The translations under genes were made by a program, and so were the position numbers. DNA of 64,000 bases from Bdellovibrionales bacterium (GTDB taxonomy: Bacteria; Bdellovibrionota; Bdellovibrionia; Bdellovibrionales; UBA1609), in NCBI GenBank assembly GCA_965261545.1, contig CBDHDF010000010.1, positions 768,001 to 832,000 on the forward strand, written 5' to 3'. Each line of letters starts with the position of its first letter. Within the stretch, counting starts at the first letter, position 1. This document shows, in pieces, positions 20,014 to 31,393 of this stretch. The notes under the pieces are model-generated. The model was not told where the DNA came from. It did no database searches and saw only the letters and a program-made list of their open reading frames with translations.

Positions 20014-21459
20014 CTATTTCGTGCCATAGGCATCATAGAGGGGAATGTTTACAAACTGGCCTACGGAGGGGGCTTCTTGAAAGGGGGTTCTATCTAAGGA
20101 GTTGTAAGCTTTTCCATCTTTGTGAAGCTCAATGAGGCGCTCTTCGTAAAGGGCATAGCTTTGGATATGGCTTGGCCATTGAATGGACATATCTTGACAT
20201 CTTCTTCTCTGGAGGTCGTATTGACACATACTATGATTGGATTTTATCACAAAGAGCCCTCTTTCCCCCTTGGGGGATAAAGGACTTAAAAAATCAGCTT
20301 TTTGAATAATGGTGGGGCGAAACCACTGACCTCTTCTAAAATTAAACACATAAATCTTGCCTTCATTTGTTAAGCCCACCAAATACCTTTTCAGGCCCTC
20401 ATCAAGTTCTTCAAAGTCTTTGAAAGGTCTCTCAGAATGGAGATAGAGCACTTTGTAATAGGAGTAGTTATCTCTATAGAGGTTCTTCAGAGGGGAGTAG
20501 ATATCAATGGTGAGGGCTTGGTTTTTAGCTTGATTTTCACCTCTCCTTCTATTTCCATTTCCATTTCCATAAAATAAGGTGGCTCCCGCAGAGGTTCTTT
20601 TAAGCATGTATCCCTTTGGAGCCACAACGGAAGAGACTATGGATCGACCTTGATCCAACAATTGGAGTTCACCAAGTATTTCATTGCCAGGTATTTCATC
20701 ACCAAATAGATCTTCAACTTTCACCTTGGAGTTCTTGTTGGGTTTTGCTGTCAAGGTGAGAAGCCCCTCCCTTATGGACATGGGGCCTGTGTTGAAAACA
20801 AAGTTGGCTCGTGCCACGCTCATGATGCGAGCCATAGACATATAGACGGGGTGAAAATTCTGCCCTTGAAGAGCAACCCTTGCATAATACTCCATTTCGA
20901 CACCATGGGAGCCGCGACTTTCTACGGACTGATCACAGCCTTGAATACGTATATCGCTATAGGGGCCATGTTTGCATTGAACATGGCCATAGCCTTCTGT
21001 ATGGCGGGCTTCATGGAGAAGAACACCCACGCGCCCCAGAGCTGATAGGGCGCTCCATGCATCCTGCATCGTAAAATATCCTCCAATGTTATAAGCCGTG
21101 GCTATCGGGTTGTCCTGCCCACGCCTAATCCCATAAGTCATGTCCTTGAGCCAACTGTAGTATCTATCTTTATTCACAAAGCTCTTGATAAAAAGATGAT
21201 CTATTGGATTCTCAGCTTCTTCGAATTTTCCATTTTCCACGATATATAAGTCGTTAAATAGCTTCTTTGTATCCACGTGGTTATGGCAGAGTTCGAGCCC
21301 TCCAAAACTTTTTGTGTTGATATTTAAGTCTCTGATATATTTTTTTGCTTGATTTTCTGAGATACAACCAAAGTCTGAACTCCGGTAGGGCAGGCTTTGA
21401 CCAAGTGCCGTGGCACAGAAAAACATAGTGATGGATGCCGTCCATAATAAGAACCCCAT
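20014..21459 (-). CDS. Secreted hypothetical protein with an HExxH motif
   Basis: Signal-peptide-like N-terminus; LLHEARH. Confidence 0.75.
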   Translation of the reverse strand: MGFLLWTASITMFFCATALGQSLPYRSSDFGCISENQAKKYIRDLNINTKSFGGLELCHNHVDTKKLFNDLYIVENGKFEEAENPIDHLFIKSFVNKDRYYSWLKDMTYGIRRGQDNPIATAYNIGGYFTMQDAWSALSALGRVGVLLHEARHTEGYGHVQCKHGPYSDIRIQGCDQSVESRGSHGVEMEYYARVALQGQNFHPVYMSMARIMSVARANFVFNTGPMSIREGLLTLTAKPNKNSKVKVEDLFGDEIPGNEILGELQLLDQGRSIVSSVVAPKGYMLKRTSAGATLFYGNGNGNRRRGENQAKNQALTIDIYSPLKNLYRDNYSYYKVLYLHSERPFKDFEELDEGLKRYLVGLTNEGKIYVFNFRRGQWFRPTIIQKADFLSPLSPKGERGLFVIKSNHSMCQYDLQRRRCQDMSIQWPSHIQSYALYEERLIELHKDGKAYNSLDRTPFQEAPSVGQFVNIPLYDAYGTK

Positions 21460-21602
21460 AATTCCCCCTTTTTTTATCCATTTTTAGCCGCCATGCCATT
21501 TGGCATGGTGTACAAAAATTGTATATAAGAATTTTGTGCTTGGGTAGAATATTTTGGATTTTGAATAATTGGACATATCTATTCAGGGAATGTTATGGGT
21601 TT

Positions 21603-24600
21603 TTAACTTCGAGGATGCCCCCAACCTCCTCCTCCGGGGGTCTCGATAACGAAGATGTCGCCAACATCCATTTTGGTGCTATCGACACCCAGAAGGACCT
21701 CGATTTGCCCGTTGGTACGCTCGACACTGTTACGCCCGAGTGCACCACTACCGCCACCTTCAAGTCCGTAGGGCGGCACTCGCCGATGGCTGGAGATAAT
21801 CGCCACAGTCATTGGCTCTAGAAAACGAATACGACGGCGTACGCCATTGCCGCCTCGCCAGCGACCAGCACCACCACTGCCCTGCCGGATCTCAAAACTT
21901 TCTAGGCGCACCGGATAGCGCCACTCTAGAATTTCTGGATCGGTAAGACGGGTATTGGTCATATGGACATGCACAGCATCCGCCCCATCAAAACCATCAC
22001 CTGCGCCAGAGCCACCACAAATGGTCTCATAATACTGGTAGTTGGCATTGCCAAAAGTGAAATTATTGGCCGTGCCCTGGGATTCGGCCACAACATTGAG
22101 TGCACCAAACAACGCATCGACGATATATTGCGAGGTCTCGACATTACCAGCCACCACCGCCGCAGGAGCCTGCGGCCTCAAGATCGACCGCTCTCTGAGG
22201 CGAATATCTAGGGGTCGAAGCCCACCGGCGTTCAGTGGAATATCCACATCGCAGAGACAGCGAAAAACATAGAGAACAGCTGCCATGCAAACTGCCGTCG
22301 GCGCATTAAAATTGCCATCCACCTGGTCTGAAGAGTGCGAAAAATCCAGGATCACCCGTTGCGCAGCCTTATCTATGGTAATATCCACTGCAATTCGCCA
22401 ACCCTGGTCGGTCTCGATCTCAAAACGGCCCGAACGGAGGCCATCGAGCACCTGGCGCACACTCTCTTCAGCATTATCGCACACATGACGCATATAAGCT
22501 TGGACGGTCTCCAAGCCGAAATTCGCCACCATCCTGCACAATTCACCTACGCCCTTCTGGTTGGCCGCAATCTGGGCACGAAAATCAGCAAGATTCTCAA
22601 TCGGATTGCGAGCCGGATAGCGTGCGCCTTCAAGAAGCGCCAGCACCTCGTCCTCTAAAAAGCGCCCACCGCACACCACCTGGACATCATCGAACAAAAC
22701 ACCCCTTCTTCCTCAATATGGCGGCTGTCTGGTGGCATAGAACCGGGAGTGATACCGCCAATATCAGCATGATGGCCACGATTTGCAACATAGAACCAAA
22801 CCGCATTGCCATCGGGGGCAAAAACGGGCGTGATAAACGTAACATCTGGCAGATGTGTACCGCCATTATAGGGTGCATTCAGCATGAAAACATCGCCCGG
22901 TGCCATTGTCTCAGTGCGAGATCGAATCACCGACTGTACCGATTCGGACATCGACCCCAAATGGACGGGGATATGTGGAGCGTTGGCCACCAATTCGCCA
23001 TTGGAATCAAACACGGCACAAGAGAAGTCAAGCCTCTCCTTGATATTCACGGAGGAGGCCGTGGCAACAAGTGACGCCCCCATTTGTTCGGCTGTTGCCA
23101 TGAATAGGTTGTTAAAAACCTCCAGCAATACAGGATCTGCCTCGGTACGAGACGCCACCTGAGCTATAACCGGACGGACACGCTTCAACACGAGGTTGCC
23201 ACTCTCAAGCAAACGAGCTTCCCAGCCGGACTCAACCACCGTGGTCGCAGTGTCCTCAACAACAATCGCCGGCCCCATCACAGGACTTCCAGGCCTGAGA
23301 TTTCCACGAATACGTATAGGAACTTCATGCATCTGGCCTTCAGTGAACAACCGAACCTCTGTAGTCAAAACCGACTTTTCACCTCCACCCGCAATAACAG
23401 ACTCCACGGGCCAGTCTGCCCGCCCGATTAATTCCAGTGTGACCGCCTCGACCACAAGCCCCTTGGTCTTTGAAACAAAACCAAAACGCTGTCGGTGCTG
23501 GTTCTCGAAGGCCACTCGCACCTCCGCCTCTGGGCCAAAAGGCACCGTCAGTGGAGCATTGGTGCCGTCATAACGTACATGAAGTCGACGCTCCACTTCG
23601 ACCCGGTCCGGCGGCACACCTTGGGCTCCCATCTCTGACCAAGCCAGAGCCTCCAACTGCTCAAATGCCACTTCCACTTCCCCAATTTCAGCAAGCGGCA
23701 CTTCGACGGCCGTCTCACGCAATACCCTGATATCAGCAAGGCCCATACCGTAAGCGGAGAGCACACCCGCAAAGGGATGGATCAACACGGTTTCCATGCC
23801 AAGTACATCGGCAACAGCACAGGCATGCTGACCACCTGCGCCACCGAAACAATGGAGTACATAGCTCGTAACATCATATCCACGCTCAATGGAAATACGC
23901 TTGATGGCATGGGCCATGTTCTCAACAGCGATCCGCAGAAAACCCTCCGCCACGGCCTCTGCACTACGCCCATCACCAATGCGCCCGGCAAGAGAGATAA
24001 ATTTGCGGCGCACAATGTCGACATCCAGTGGCTTGTTACCCTCCGGACCGAAAATATGTGGAAAAAAACCAGGCAATAACCGGCCAAGCATGAGGTTGCA
24101 ATCCGTAACCGTCAGCGGACCGCCACGCCGGTAACAAGCAGCGCCAGGGTTGGCACCAGCACTCTCCGTCTCCGGGCCCACCCGGAAGCGTCGACCATCA
24201 TAGTGCAGAATGGAGCCACCACCAGCGGCAACAGTGTGAATGTCAAGCATTGGTGCACGCATCCGTAGGCCAGCGACCTCGGTTTCAATGGCTCGCTCAT
24301 AGCGACCAGCATAGTGGGAAACGTCCGTTGACGTGCCCCCCATGTCAAAGCCGATGATGCGATCAAAACCCGCCGACCGAGCGACCTCAACAGCCCCGAC
24401 AATACCACCTGCGGGCCCAGAAAAGATGGCGTCCTTACCCTGAAAATGATGGGCATCAACCAGACCGCCATTGGACTGCATGAATAACAATCGTGTCTCG
24501 CCGAGGGCGGCCACCATGCGTTCGACATGACGGCGAAGAATCGGTGAAAGATAAGCATCCACAACCGTGGTGTTACCACGGGAGACGAACTTCATCAGTG

Positions 24601-25053
24601 GCGAAACCTTGTAGCTCACCGACACCTGCTCGAAGCCCACATGTCGAGCTATCTTCTCAACCGCCACTTCATGTTCGTTATAGCGGTAACCGTGCATCAA
24701 ACAAATGGCGACAGCTCGAAAACCTTCCCTATGAGCACGAGCAAGGTCTGCCTCCAACTTTTCCTTGTCCAACGGCTTTACCACCTCACCCTGGGAACCC
24801 ATACGCTCATCCGCCTCAACAACAGCGTCGTAGAGTGCTTCTGGGAACCGTATATTCAAATCGAAAAGACGTGGACGATTCTGGTAGCCAATCTGAAGTT
24901 GATCGGCGAAGCCATGGGTCACCACCAACAGTGTAGACTCCCCCTTGCGTTCTAAAAGTGCATTGGTCGCAACGGTGGTGCCCATTCGCACCGCCTCGAT
25001 ATGCTCGGTCGGAATCGGATCATCCACTGCCACCCCCCCATAATACTGCGAAA
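21603..25053 (-). pseudogene. Fused hydantoinase A/B (5-oxoprolinase), truncated and frameshifted
   Basis: MGTTVATNALLERKG, DMGGTSTD, NIKERLDFS and GNVETSQ motifs. Frameshift at the A4 run 22696-22699, probable frameshift at the C7 run 25033-25039. N-terminus replaced by the recombinase element. Confidence 0.88.
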
Positions 25054-26989
25054 ACTCCCCGGACACAATAGACAACTTTTCCATTGAAATTTCCATAAAT
25101 ATATATAATCATTCACTTTATGCAATTGGTCGTAAATATGCTCGCTATCGTTGGCATCCACCTGAGGATTCTTCCCATTTAGCTTCGAACCATAGTCAAA
25201 GGAATGATAATGGCCCACCAAACAAAACATCAAAATCCATGGACAGCTCAGTTAAAAAGTGTCTATCAAAGCGACCAAGCCACACGGGTTCAACAGACAT
25301 ACGAAGTTGTTGTTCCAAAAATAAAGAAACAATTAAAGCAGAAAGTAAAACAACAGAAAATAATGGAGGTTAAAAATGGAAACATCAGTAGCTCTTTATT
25401 GTCGAGTGTCCTCAGATAAACAAGCTCAAGAGGGAACCATTGATTCACAGATTTCTAGTCTTCACGATTTCGCTAAGGAACACAGCTTTTGTGTAGAGGA
25501 GGATCTTATATTTACGGATAATGGTGTGAGTGGTGCCACCCTTGTTCGTCCTGCTTTAGACTCCCTTCGCGACAAAGCTTTTTCTGGGGAGGTTACAAAG
25601 GTACTTGTGTTATGTCCAGACAGATTAGCTCGTAAATATGCCCATCAATTGATTCTAATTGAAGAATTTCAGAGGCTAGGTGTTGAAATTATTTTTTCTA
25701 ATAGAGATATTACAAATTCACCCGAAGATCAGCTTTTGCTACAAATACAAGGAGTCATTTCAGAATATGAAAGAGAAAAAATTATGGAAAGAAGTCGAAG
25801 GGGTAAACTTCAAAAGGCTTCTAAGGGCTTTGTTAGCGTTTTATGTGGAGCTCCCTATGGTTATATATATATTCCGAAAGCAGACTCCGCTGACGCACGA
25901 TATGAGGTCCATCCAGAAGAGTCTAAAGTTGTTAAAGATGTTTTTCAAATGTATTGCCGAAACAAACTAAGTATTAGAGCAATTGCAAAGGAATTAAATA
26001 TAAGGGGGGTGCCTACTAAAAAACAACAAGGTATTTGGGAGCGTTCAACTGTTTGGTGTATGCTTAAAAACCCCGCTTATTATGGACAAGCTGCTTTTAG
26101 AAAGACTATCCAGGTAGAAAGGTTGCGTCCAACCAAGTTAGCAAGAGACAATAATTTTTATCCAAAAAATCCTAAATCAAGCTCTTCCGATCGAAATAAA
26201 AAGGATTGGATATATATTCCCGTTCCATCTATAATTTCTTCAAAAACTTTTCAAGATGCATCCAGTCAATTGGAAACTAACAAAAAACTTTCCCCTCGGA
26301 ATAATAAAAAATATGAGTATTTGTTAAGTGGTCTTTTACGATGCAAAGAGTGTGGTTATTCGATCTATGGCAAACCCGCTTCTAATTCAAGGTATAAGCG
26401 TTGTTATTATCGCTGTATGGGACAAGATGGTCATAGATGGCCAGCTAAAGGTAGAGTTTGCTCATCTCATCCCGTAAGAGTTGAAGTTTTAGATGACTTA
26501 GTTTGGGAACAAACAGTTAAATTACTTGAAAATCCTCAGGCAGTTATAGATGAGTATACAAATAGAATTCATGAGCAAAAAGGCCAACAACAATCATTGG
26601 AAAAATTAATTGCAAAAAAGGCTCAGGAGATTCGTCAAATAACACATGAAAAGGAACGTCTCTTGGATCTTTATCAAAATGGAACTCTAAATCTATCAGA
26701 AATAGAGTCACGATTAAAAAAAATAAGAGGCAAAATAAAGCAACTTGAAAATGAAAAGCAATCTTTAGAGTATGAGCAAAGGCAAGAAGGACAACAATTA
26801 CAGCTTGTAGATCAACTCCAAGAATTCCAAAAAAAAGTGAGTGCCAACTTAAAGGTATTGAGTTTTGAGCAAAAAAAGGAGATTGTAAGGCTACTGGTAA
26901 AGGAGGTTGAGCTGAACATTAAGACAAGTGAAATTGTGGTTCGACACGTTGTGCCAACATCCAAAAGTTTGCCATTGTGTCCGGGGAGT
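25054..26989 (+). mobile_element. IR-bounded large serine recombinase element
   Basis: Perfect 16-bp IR actccccggacacaat / attgtgtccggggagt, extending imperfectly to 27 bp. Confidence 0.85.
25204..25419 (+). CDS. Small ORF upstream of and overlapping the recombinase
   Basis: 71 aa, inside the element and co-oriented with the recombinase. Confidence 0.45.
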   Translation: MIMAHQTKHQNPWTAQLKSVYQSDQATRVQQTYEVVVPKIKKQLKQKVKQQKIMEVKNGNISSSLLSSVLR

Positions 26990-26998
26990 CACACATGA
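25376..26998 (+). CDS. Large serine recombinase (resolvase + recombinase + Zn ribbon + coiled coil)
   Basis: YCRVSS, DNGVSG, DRLAR, PYGY, LLSGLLRCKECG. Stop codon lies in flanking DNA. Confidence 0.93.
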   Translation: METSVALYCRVSSDKQAQEGTIDSQISSLHDFAKEHSFCVEEDLIFTDNGVSGATLVRPALDSLRDKAFSGEVTKVLVLCPDRLARKYAHQLILIEEFQRLGVEIIFSNRDITNSPEDQLLLQIQGVISEYEREKIMERSRRGKLQKASKGFVSVLCGAPYGYIYIPKADSADARYEVHPEESKVVKDVFQMYCRNKLSIRAIAKELNIRGVPTKKQQGIWERSTVWCMLKNPAYYGQAAFRKTIQVERLRPTKLARDNNFYPKNPKSSSSDRNKKDWIYIPVPSIISSKTFQDASSQLETNKKLSPRNNKKYEYLLSGLLRCKECGYSIYGKPASNSRYKRCYYRCMGQDGHRWPAKGRVCSSHPVRVEVLDDLVWEQTVKLLENPQAVIDEYTNRIHEQKGQQQSLEKLIAKKAQEIRQITHEKERLLDLYQNGTLNLSEIESRLKKIRGKIKQLENEKQSLEYEQRQEGQQLQLVDQLQEFQKKVSANLKVLSFEQKKEIVRLLVKEVELNIKTSEIVVRHVVPTSKSLPLCPGSHT

Positions 26999-27323
26999 GC
27001 CTTGAGGTGTACCCTCATCGGTCATCCTGAGCTCCCCATCAGACAAAACTCCAGCCTTCAGCATTCTCACAATATACCTTATGAATCTTTCATCCGTGAT
27101 TTTCATCTTGAGTATGGACACTAATTTCTTATGGTCGATAGAACCAAAGTAATTTTCTAAATCCAAATCAATGATATAGCCCACTTTCCCATGATAGAGA
27201 TGCTGGTAGCACTGCCTGATGGCAGTGTGACAGCCTACTCCTCGACGGAATCCAAATGAACAGTCTTGGAAAATCGGTTCATAGATGGCTTCGAGAATTT
27301 TACTGAACATACGCTGGACCATC
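26990..27323 (-). pseudogene. Group II intron RT/maturase fragment 2
   Basis: VQRMFSKILEAIYEP..SFGFR..IDLDLENYF..GTPQGS; cut by the recombinase element. Confidence 0.92.
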
Positions 27324-27465
27324 TGTTATACGATACTTTATTCTGACTAGAATTCGCCTTTATTTTTTATTTTTCTTTGACCATCCCTAGAGAATTATTA
27401 CATTCCCTTGACTAAGTCTTGTCATAACCTCCCCATGAGTTTAATACTCTGCATCAGGAGGTGTT

Positions 27466-27915
27466 ATGATTTTAGCTACTTTTGTATCAACGGATGACCT
27501 TGTAAAAGAAGGTAAGAATTACAATTGGAAGAGGCCATGTAAGTGCCAAAATCCCGGCTGTAACAGTGAGAAGCTCTGGGGCCATGGCTATGTGAAGAGA
27601 TACTTTTTTGCATGCTCTGAAGCGGTCTACCTCAAGCGCTGGCGGTGTCCTCACTGCCACAGTGTTATAACGACAAGACCCAAGTCGTTCTGGCGTCGTT
27701 TTCAAGAGACAAAGTCTCGTATTTTCGAAGCATTACGACATCGTCTGAACCCCAAGATTCCCAAGGCATGGCCCCTTTGGACAACGAGGCAAAGAGCGGG
27801 GCACTGGCTGAAAAAACTTCTTAATCACGCTAAGGCTTATAATCTGATGAAAGAAAAAGATCCACTTAGCACAGTGGCCTTTTATCAAGAGAAAAACCTG
27901 GACATTTTTGGTTAA
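27466..27915 (+). CDS. Cys-rich Zn-binding protein (DUF6431-like)
   Basis: CQNPGC..LWGHG..RWRCPHC; AGGAGG RBS. Confidence 0.75.
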   Translation: MILATFVSTDDLVKEGKNYNWKRPCKCQNPGCNSEKLWGHGYVKRYFFACSEAVYLKRWRCPHCHSVITTRPKSFWRRFQETKSRIFEALRHRLNPKIPKAWPLWTTRQRAGHWLKKLLNHAKAYNLMKEKDPLSTVAFYQEKNLDIFG

Positions 27916-28050
27916 CGAAGTTTGCCAGTGCTCCCATTTATTTTCAACCTACCGTTTCTTGTCATTAACAAAGAGTCAGGAAGTTGTGTATCTCTTATTT
28001 CAAGAAAGATTTCCAATAACGGAAATTAAATCAAAGAAAGAGAGGTCAAA

Positions 28051-29349
28051 ATGGCTGATAAGGACAAGAAAATGGAGGTTGCCACCTTTAGATTCGGAGT
28101 GATTTCTGAATTTGTTACAGGGTTGCGCCTTGAATATGGAGAAAAAGAGAGATTGCTTACGGAAAAATCTTCCAAGAGCTATCGTGTTCCCTACTCATCA
28201 TCGACTCGTGTGAGTCGTTCCACCATAAAAAAATGGATTGCAGACTACAAGGGATCGGGCAATAGATTAGAGGGGCTTATGCCATCGGATCGCAAGGATC
28301 AAGGTCAATTTAGAAGTCTTGATGAATCTCTCCAAGTGGTCATTAAAGAGATCATGAAGGCAAAGGGACATTTTACAGGCATAGCCCTTGTCAATGCTCT
28401 ACGTCAGCGCGGCTCTATTGGTACCAATGAAGAGATCAATATGAGTGTGCTTTATAGATTTTTAAAGCATCACAAATTGCAACAAAAAGAGTCCACAGAT
28501 CGTAGGTCCTTTGAAGCTTCGTCTCCCAATGAAATGTGGCAGTCAGATGTTCTTCATGGCCCCATTGTGGTTGGCAAAAAGAGAAAGAAAGTAAAATCCT
28601 ACCTCATTGCCATATTGGATGACAATTCTCGCATCATTCCCCACGGGGAGTTTTATGAGTCCGAAAGGCTTGAGAATATGAAGGATTGTCTTAAGAAAGC
28701 TGTTGAGAAGAGGGGGCTTCCTCAAAAGCTTTATATCGATAATGGGGCTTGTTTTAAGGCTATAAACTTGGAACAGGTCACAGCTTCCTTGGGTATTCAG
28801 ATTATTCACACTCCTCCTTATACTCCTCAGGGTCGGGGGAAAGTGGAGCGTTGGTTTCGATATGTACGGGAAAACTTCTTTCCTCGCTGCGATGAAAAAA
28901 CCTTGAGCCTTGAAGAACTGAATGAGGTATTTTCTGACTGGGTGGAGAGTTATCACCACAAAGTTCATGGAACCACTGGCGAAACTCCATTGGCGAAATT
29001 CCGTAAAAATATGAAGTGTGTTCGTCCCGCTCCCCCCAATCTATTGGACTATTTTCGATTTATTCAATTTCGACGAGTTAAAAAGGATCGAACTTTTCAT
29101 TTGAATGGAACCATATATGAAGCTCCCGTAGACCTGATCGATAGAAGAGTGGAACTCAAGTTCCACAGAGAGACTCCCGAAGATGTTGAAATTTTCTTTG
29201 ATGGAAGAAGCTTTGGTCAGGCCAATTTATTGGATCGGCATGTGAATTTTTACTTGGGTCGCAATGGAAAGGTGACTTCTGCCACGAAAGAGACAAAACC
29301 AAAATCAGGAGAATTATTTTCAGGAGATAAAACAGGAGGGAAGAAATGA
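28051..29349 (+). CDS. DDE transposase (rve core, Mu-type C-terminus)
   Basis: WQSD, LDDNSR, YIDNG and GKVERWF motifs. Confidence 0.9.
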   Translation: MADKDKKMEVATFRFGVISEFVTGLRLEYGEKERLLTEKSSKSYRVPYSSSTRVSRSTIKKWIADYKGSGNRLEGLMPSDRKDQGQFRSLDESLQVVIKEIMKAKGHFTGIALVNALRQRGSIGTNEEINMSVLYRFLKHHKLQQKESTDRRSFEASSPNEMWQSDVLHGPIVVGKKRKKVKSYLIAILDDNSRIIPHGEFYESERLENMKDCLKKAVEKRGLPQKLYIDNGACFKAINLEQVTASLGIQIIHTPPYTPQGRGKVERWFRYVRENFFPRCDEKTLSLEELNEVFSDWVESYHHKVHGTTGETPLAKFRKNMKCVRPAPPNLLDYFRFIQFRRVKKDRTFHLNGTIYEAPVDLIDRRVELKFHRETPEDVEIFFDGRSFGQANLLDRHVNFYLGRNGKVTSATKETKPKSGELFSGDKTGGKK

Positions 29350-30149
29350 AATACATTGAATATTTTGGAATGAAGTTCTCTCCTTTTAATGACAATCTTA
29401 AATCCAAAGACCTTATGTCTTTACCTGGAACAATGGCAGTGAAAGAGAGATTGGATTATGTTCTTTCCATTGGTGGAATTATGGTCGTCACCGGCGATGT
29501 TGGCACCGGAAAATCCACCGCCATGAGATGGAGTTTAGATCAATTCCACAAATCTGAAATTAACAGCTGTTATGTGACGGCGAACAGTGGCTCAACCAGT
29601 GAGCTATATAGACAATTGTGTTGGAGTATAAATTTAAATTTAAGAGGAAACCATAGGTCCTTCCTTCTTAAGGAATTCAAAGAAGCCATCTCAGAAATAT
29701 TAGAACAACAAAGAAATAAAATTGTGGTTATCATTGATGAGGCATCCTTATTGAGAGTCGATGTCTTTGCTGAATTGCATACGATTAACCAATTCAACTT
29801 TGATTCTGAAAAAAGATTCTCACTTATTTTGGTGGGACAGAATAACCTTCTTGATAAATTGAAGTATAGAACTTCTCTGCCCTTGGCTTCTCGTGTGATG
29901 ACCCACGCTCACCTACCAGCTCTTAATGAAGAAAATATGAGAAATTATCTAGATCATCACCTTAAAATCTCTGGAATCAAGAATAAACTCATGACAGATA
30001 ATGCTGTCACAGCCATTTGGCAGGGCTCTGGAGGCTTGCTAAGAAAAGCCAATTTGATTGCCAGAGGTTCATTGATTGCATGTATGAAAGCTTCTGAAGA
30101 ACAAATTACAGAAGAACATGTTCGCCAAGCCGCCACAGAACTTATTTAA
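29346..30149 (+). CDS. ExeA/TnsC-like AAA ATPase
   Basis: GDVGTGKS, IIDEA and LILVGQ motifs; ATGA overlap with the transposase. Confidence 0.9.
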   Translation: MKYIEYFGMKFSPFNDNLKSKDLMSLPGTMAVKERLDYVLSIGGIMVVTGDVGTGKSTAMRWSLDQFHKSEINSCYVTANSGSTSELYRQLCWSINLNLRGNHRSFLLKEFKEAISEILEQQRNKIVVIIDEASLLRVDVFAELHTINQFNFDSEKRFSLILVGQNNLLDKLKYRTSLPLASRVMTHAHLPALNEENMRNYLDHHLKISGIKNKLMTDNAVTAIWQGSGGLLRKANLIARGSLIACMKASEEQITEEHVRQAATELI

Positions 30150-30485
30150 ACTACATGGTCGGTAGTTATTCTCCCTGAGGTGTTAGGCGCCAATTAAAAT
30201 TGGCCATTTTTAGAAGCCGTCGCCAATGAAAAACGGCCAGTTGATGATGTACTGATTTAGTTATTCTTCGTTCAGAGTTTAGTCAAGTGTCTTTATTTTG
30301 CTCATCATTTAACTCGGACTATGCCACAAGATTCTGAGGAATGATTTTCTGCCCACCACTTTTGGCATGACCCCAAATGCATCCTTCAGCCCTATGGCAG
30401 AGGTAAATGGAGTATTTTTCAGGATTCCTTGGCGCAGCTAATGTCTAAAGCTCCGCGAGAGTGACGAGCAAATAGTACGGTAAAA

Positions 30486-30583
30486 GCCAGTTATCCATAA
30501 ATTTATCCATGGCGACACTGCGGCTGTGACCCCGATGTCTAGCAACGCAGTGCTGCTGTGGATAAATTTTGTGGATAACTGGC
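30486..30583. other. Conserved hairpin with DnaA-box-like ends, copy 1
   Basis: gccagttatcca...tggataactggc palindrome; homologous to 45062-45159 and 48724-48815. Confidence 0.85.
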
Positions 30584-30610
30584 GAGTTCCTTCCCCAAAA
30601 GTGGGGATCT

Positions 30611-31393
30611 CTAATGAACTTCTTTGGTTGAACTTTCCTCTTTGCTCTGTTTAGACTTGGCTTTTGCCGATTCGGTTCTCCAACTTTCTTTTCCTTCAAT
30701 GTTGAGGGTTTCACAGTTGTGAATGATTCGATCAACAGCAGCAGCGGTGGTAATAGGGTTAAGAAACACCTTATCCCATTCAGAGTATGTTAAGTTTGTA
30801 GTGATCATGAGACTTTTCCTTTCATATCGCTGAGATATGAATTGAAAGAAAAGATCTGCCCCCTCTGTGCAGGAAGCTGTATAGCCAAGTTCATCACAAG
30901 CAATAAGATCAAAACGGTCTAATTTCTTAAAAAGAGCATTCAATGAGAGTTCTTTCTTGCTTTCACGCATTGTTTCAATAAGTTCATGAGTGGTGACCCA
31001 TAAACATCGATAGCCTTGTTCACAGAGTGAACGAACTAGGGACATGGCCAAATGACTTTTCCCCATTCCAAAGCTTCCGTAAAACACAACATTACAGGCT
31101 TTTCTGACCCACTCTCCCTCTGCCATCCAATTAATTTGCTGAGCTGTCACTCCCGTTCTTTTCTGGAAGTTATAAGTTTGGAGTGATTTAAGTTGAGGAA
31201 GCTTGGCCCCCTTAAGCAATCTTTTCACTCTCTGGGAATGCTTGTCAGCAAGCTCATTTTGAACGAGTATACCTAAATACTGTTCATACGTCTTTTTTGT
31301 TTTTTCGGCAACTCTAGCCGTTGCAACATATTCATCCGCCATCGCTGGAAGTCGGAGTTTTTTAAGAGAACCTATAAGTTCTTCGTGATTCAT
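30611..31393 (-). CDS. istB: IS21 helper ATPase
   Basis: GSFGMGKS, DELGY, ITTN and DRIIH motifs. Confidence 0.93.
   Translation of the reverse strand: MNHEELIGSLKKLRLPAMADEYVATARVAEKTKKTYEQYLGILVQNELADKHSQRVKRLLKGAKLPQLKSLQTYNFQKRTGVTAQQINWMAEGEWVRKACNVVFYGSFGMGKSHLAMSLVRSLCEQGYRCLWVTTHELIETMRESKKELSLNALFKKLDRFDLIACDELGYTASCTEGADLFFQFISQRYERKSLMITTNLTYSEWDKVFLNPITTAAAVDRIIHNCETLNIEGKESWRTESAKAKSKQSKEESSTKEVH

Noticed and set aside
21959..25233. Many overlapping ORFs in the oxoprolinase region
   Set aside because: Expected from the scarcity of stops in GC-richer DNA; no motifs.
30486..30583. DnaA boxes as oriC
   Set aside because: All three clusters lie inside IS elements, with no dnaA/dnaN context or evident unwinding element.
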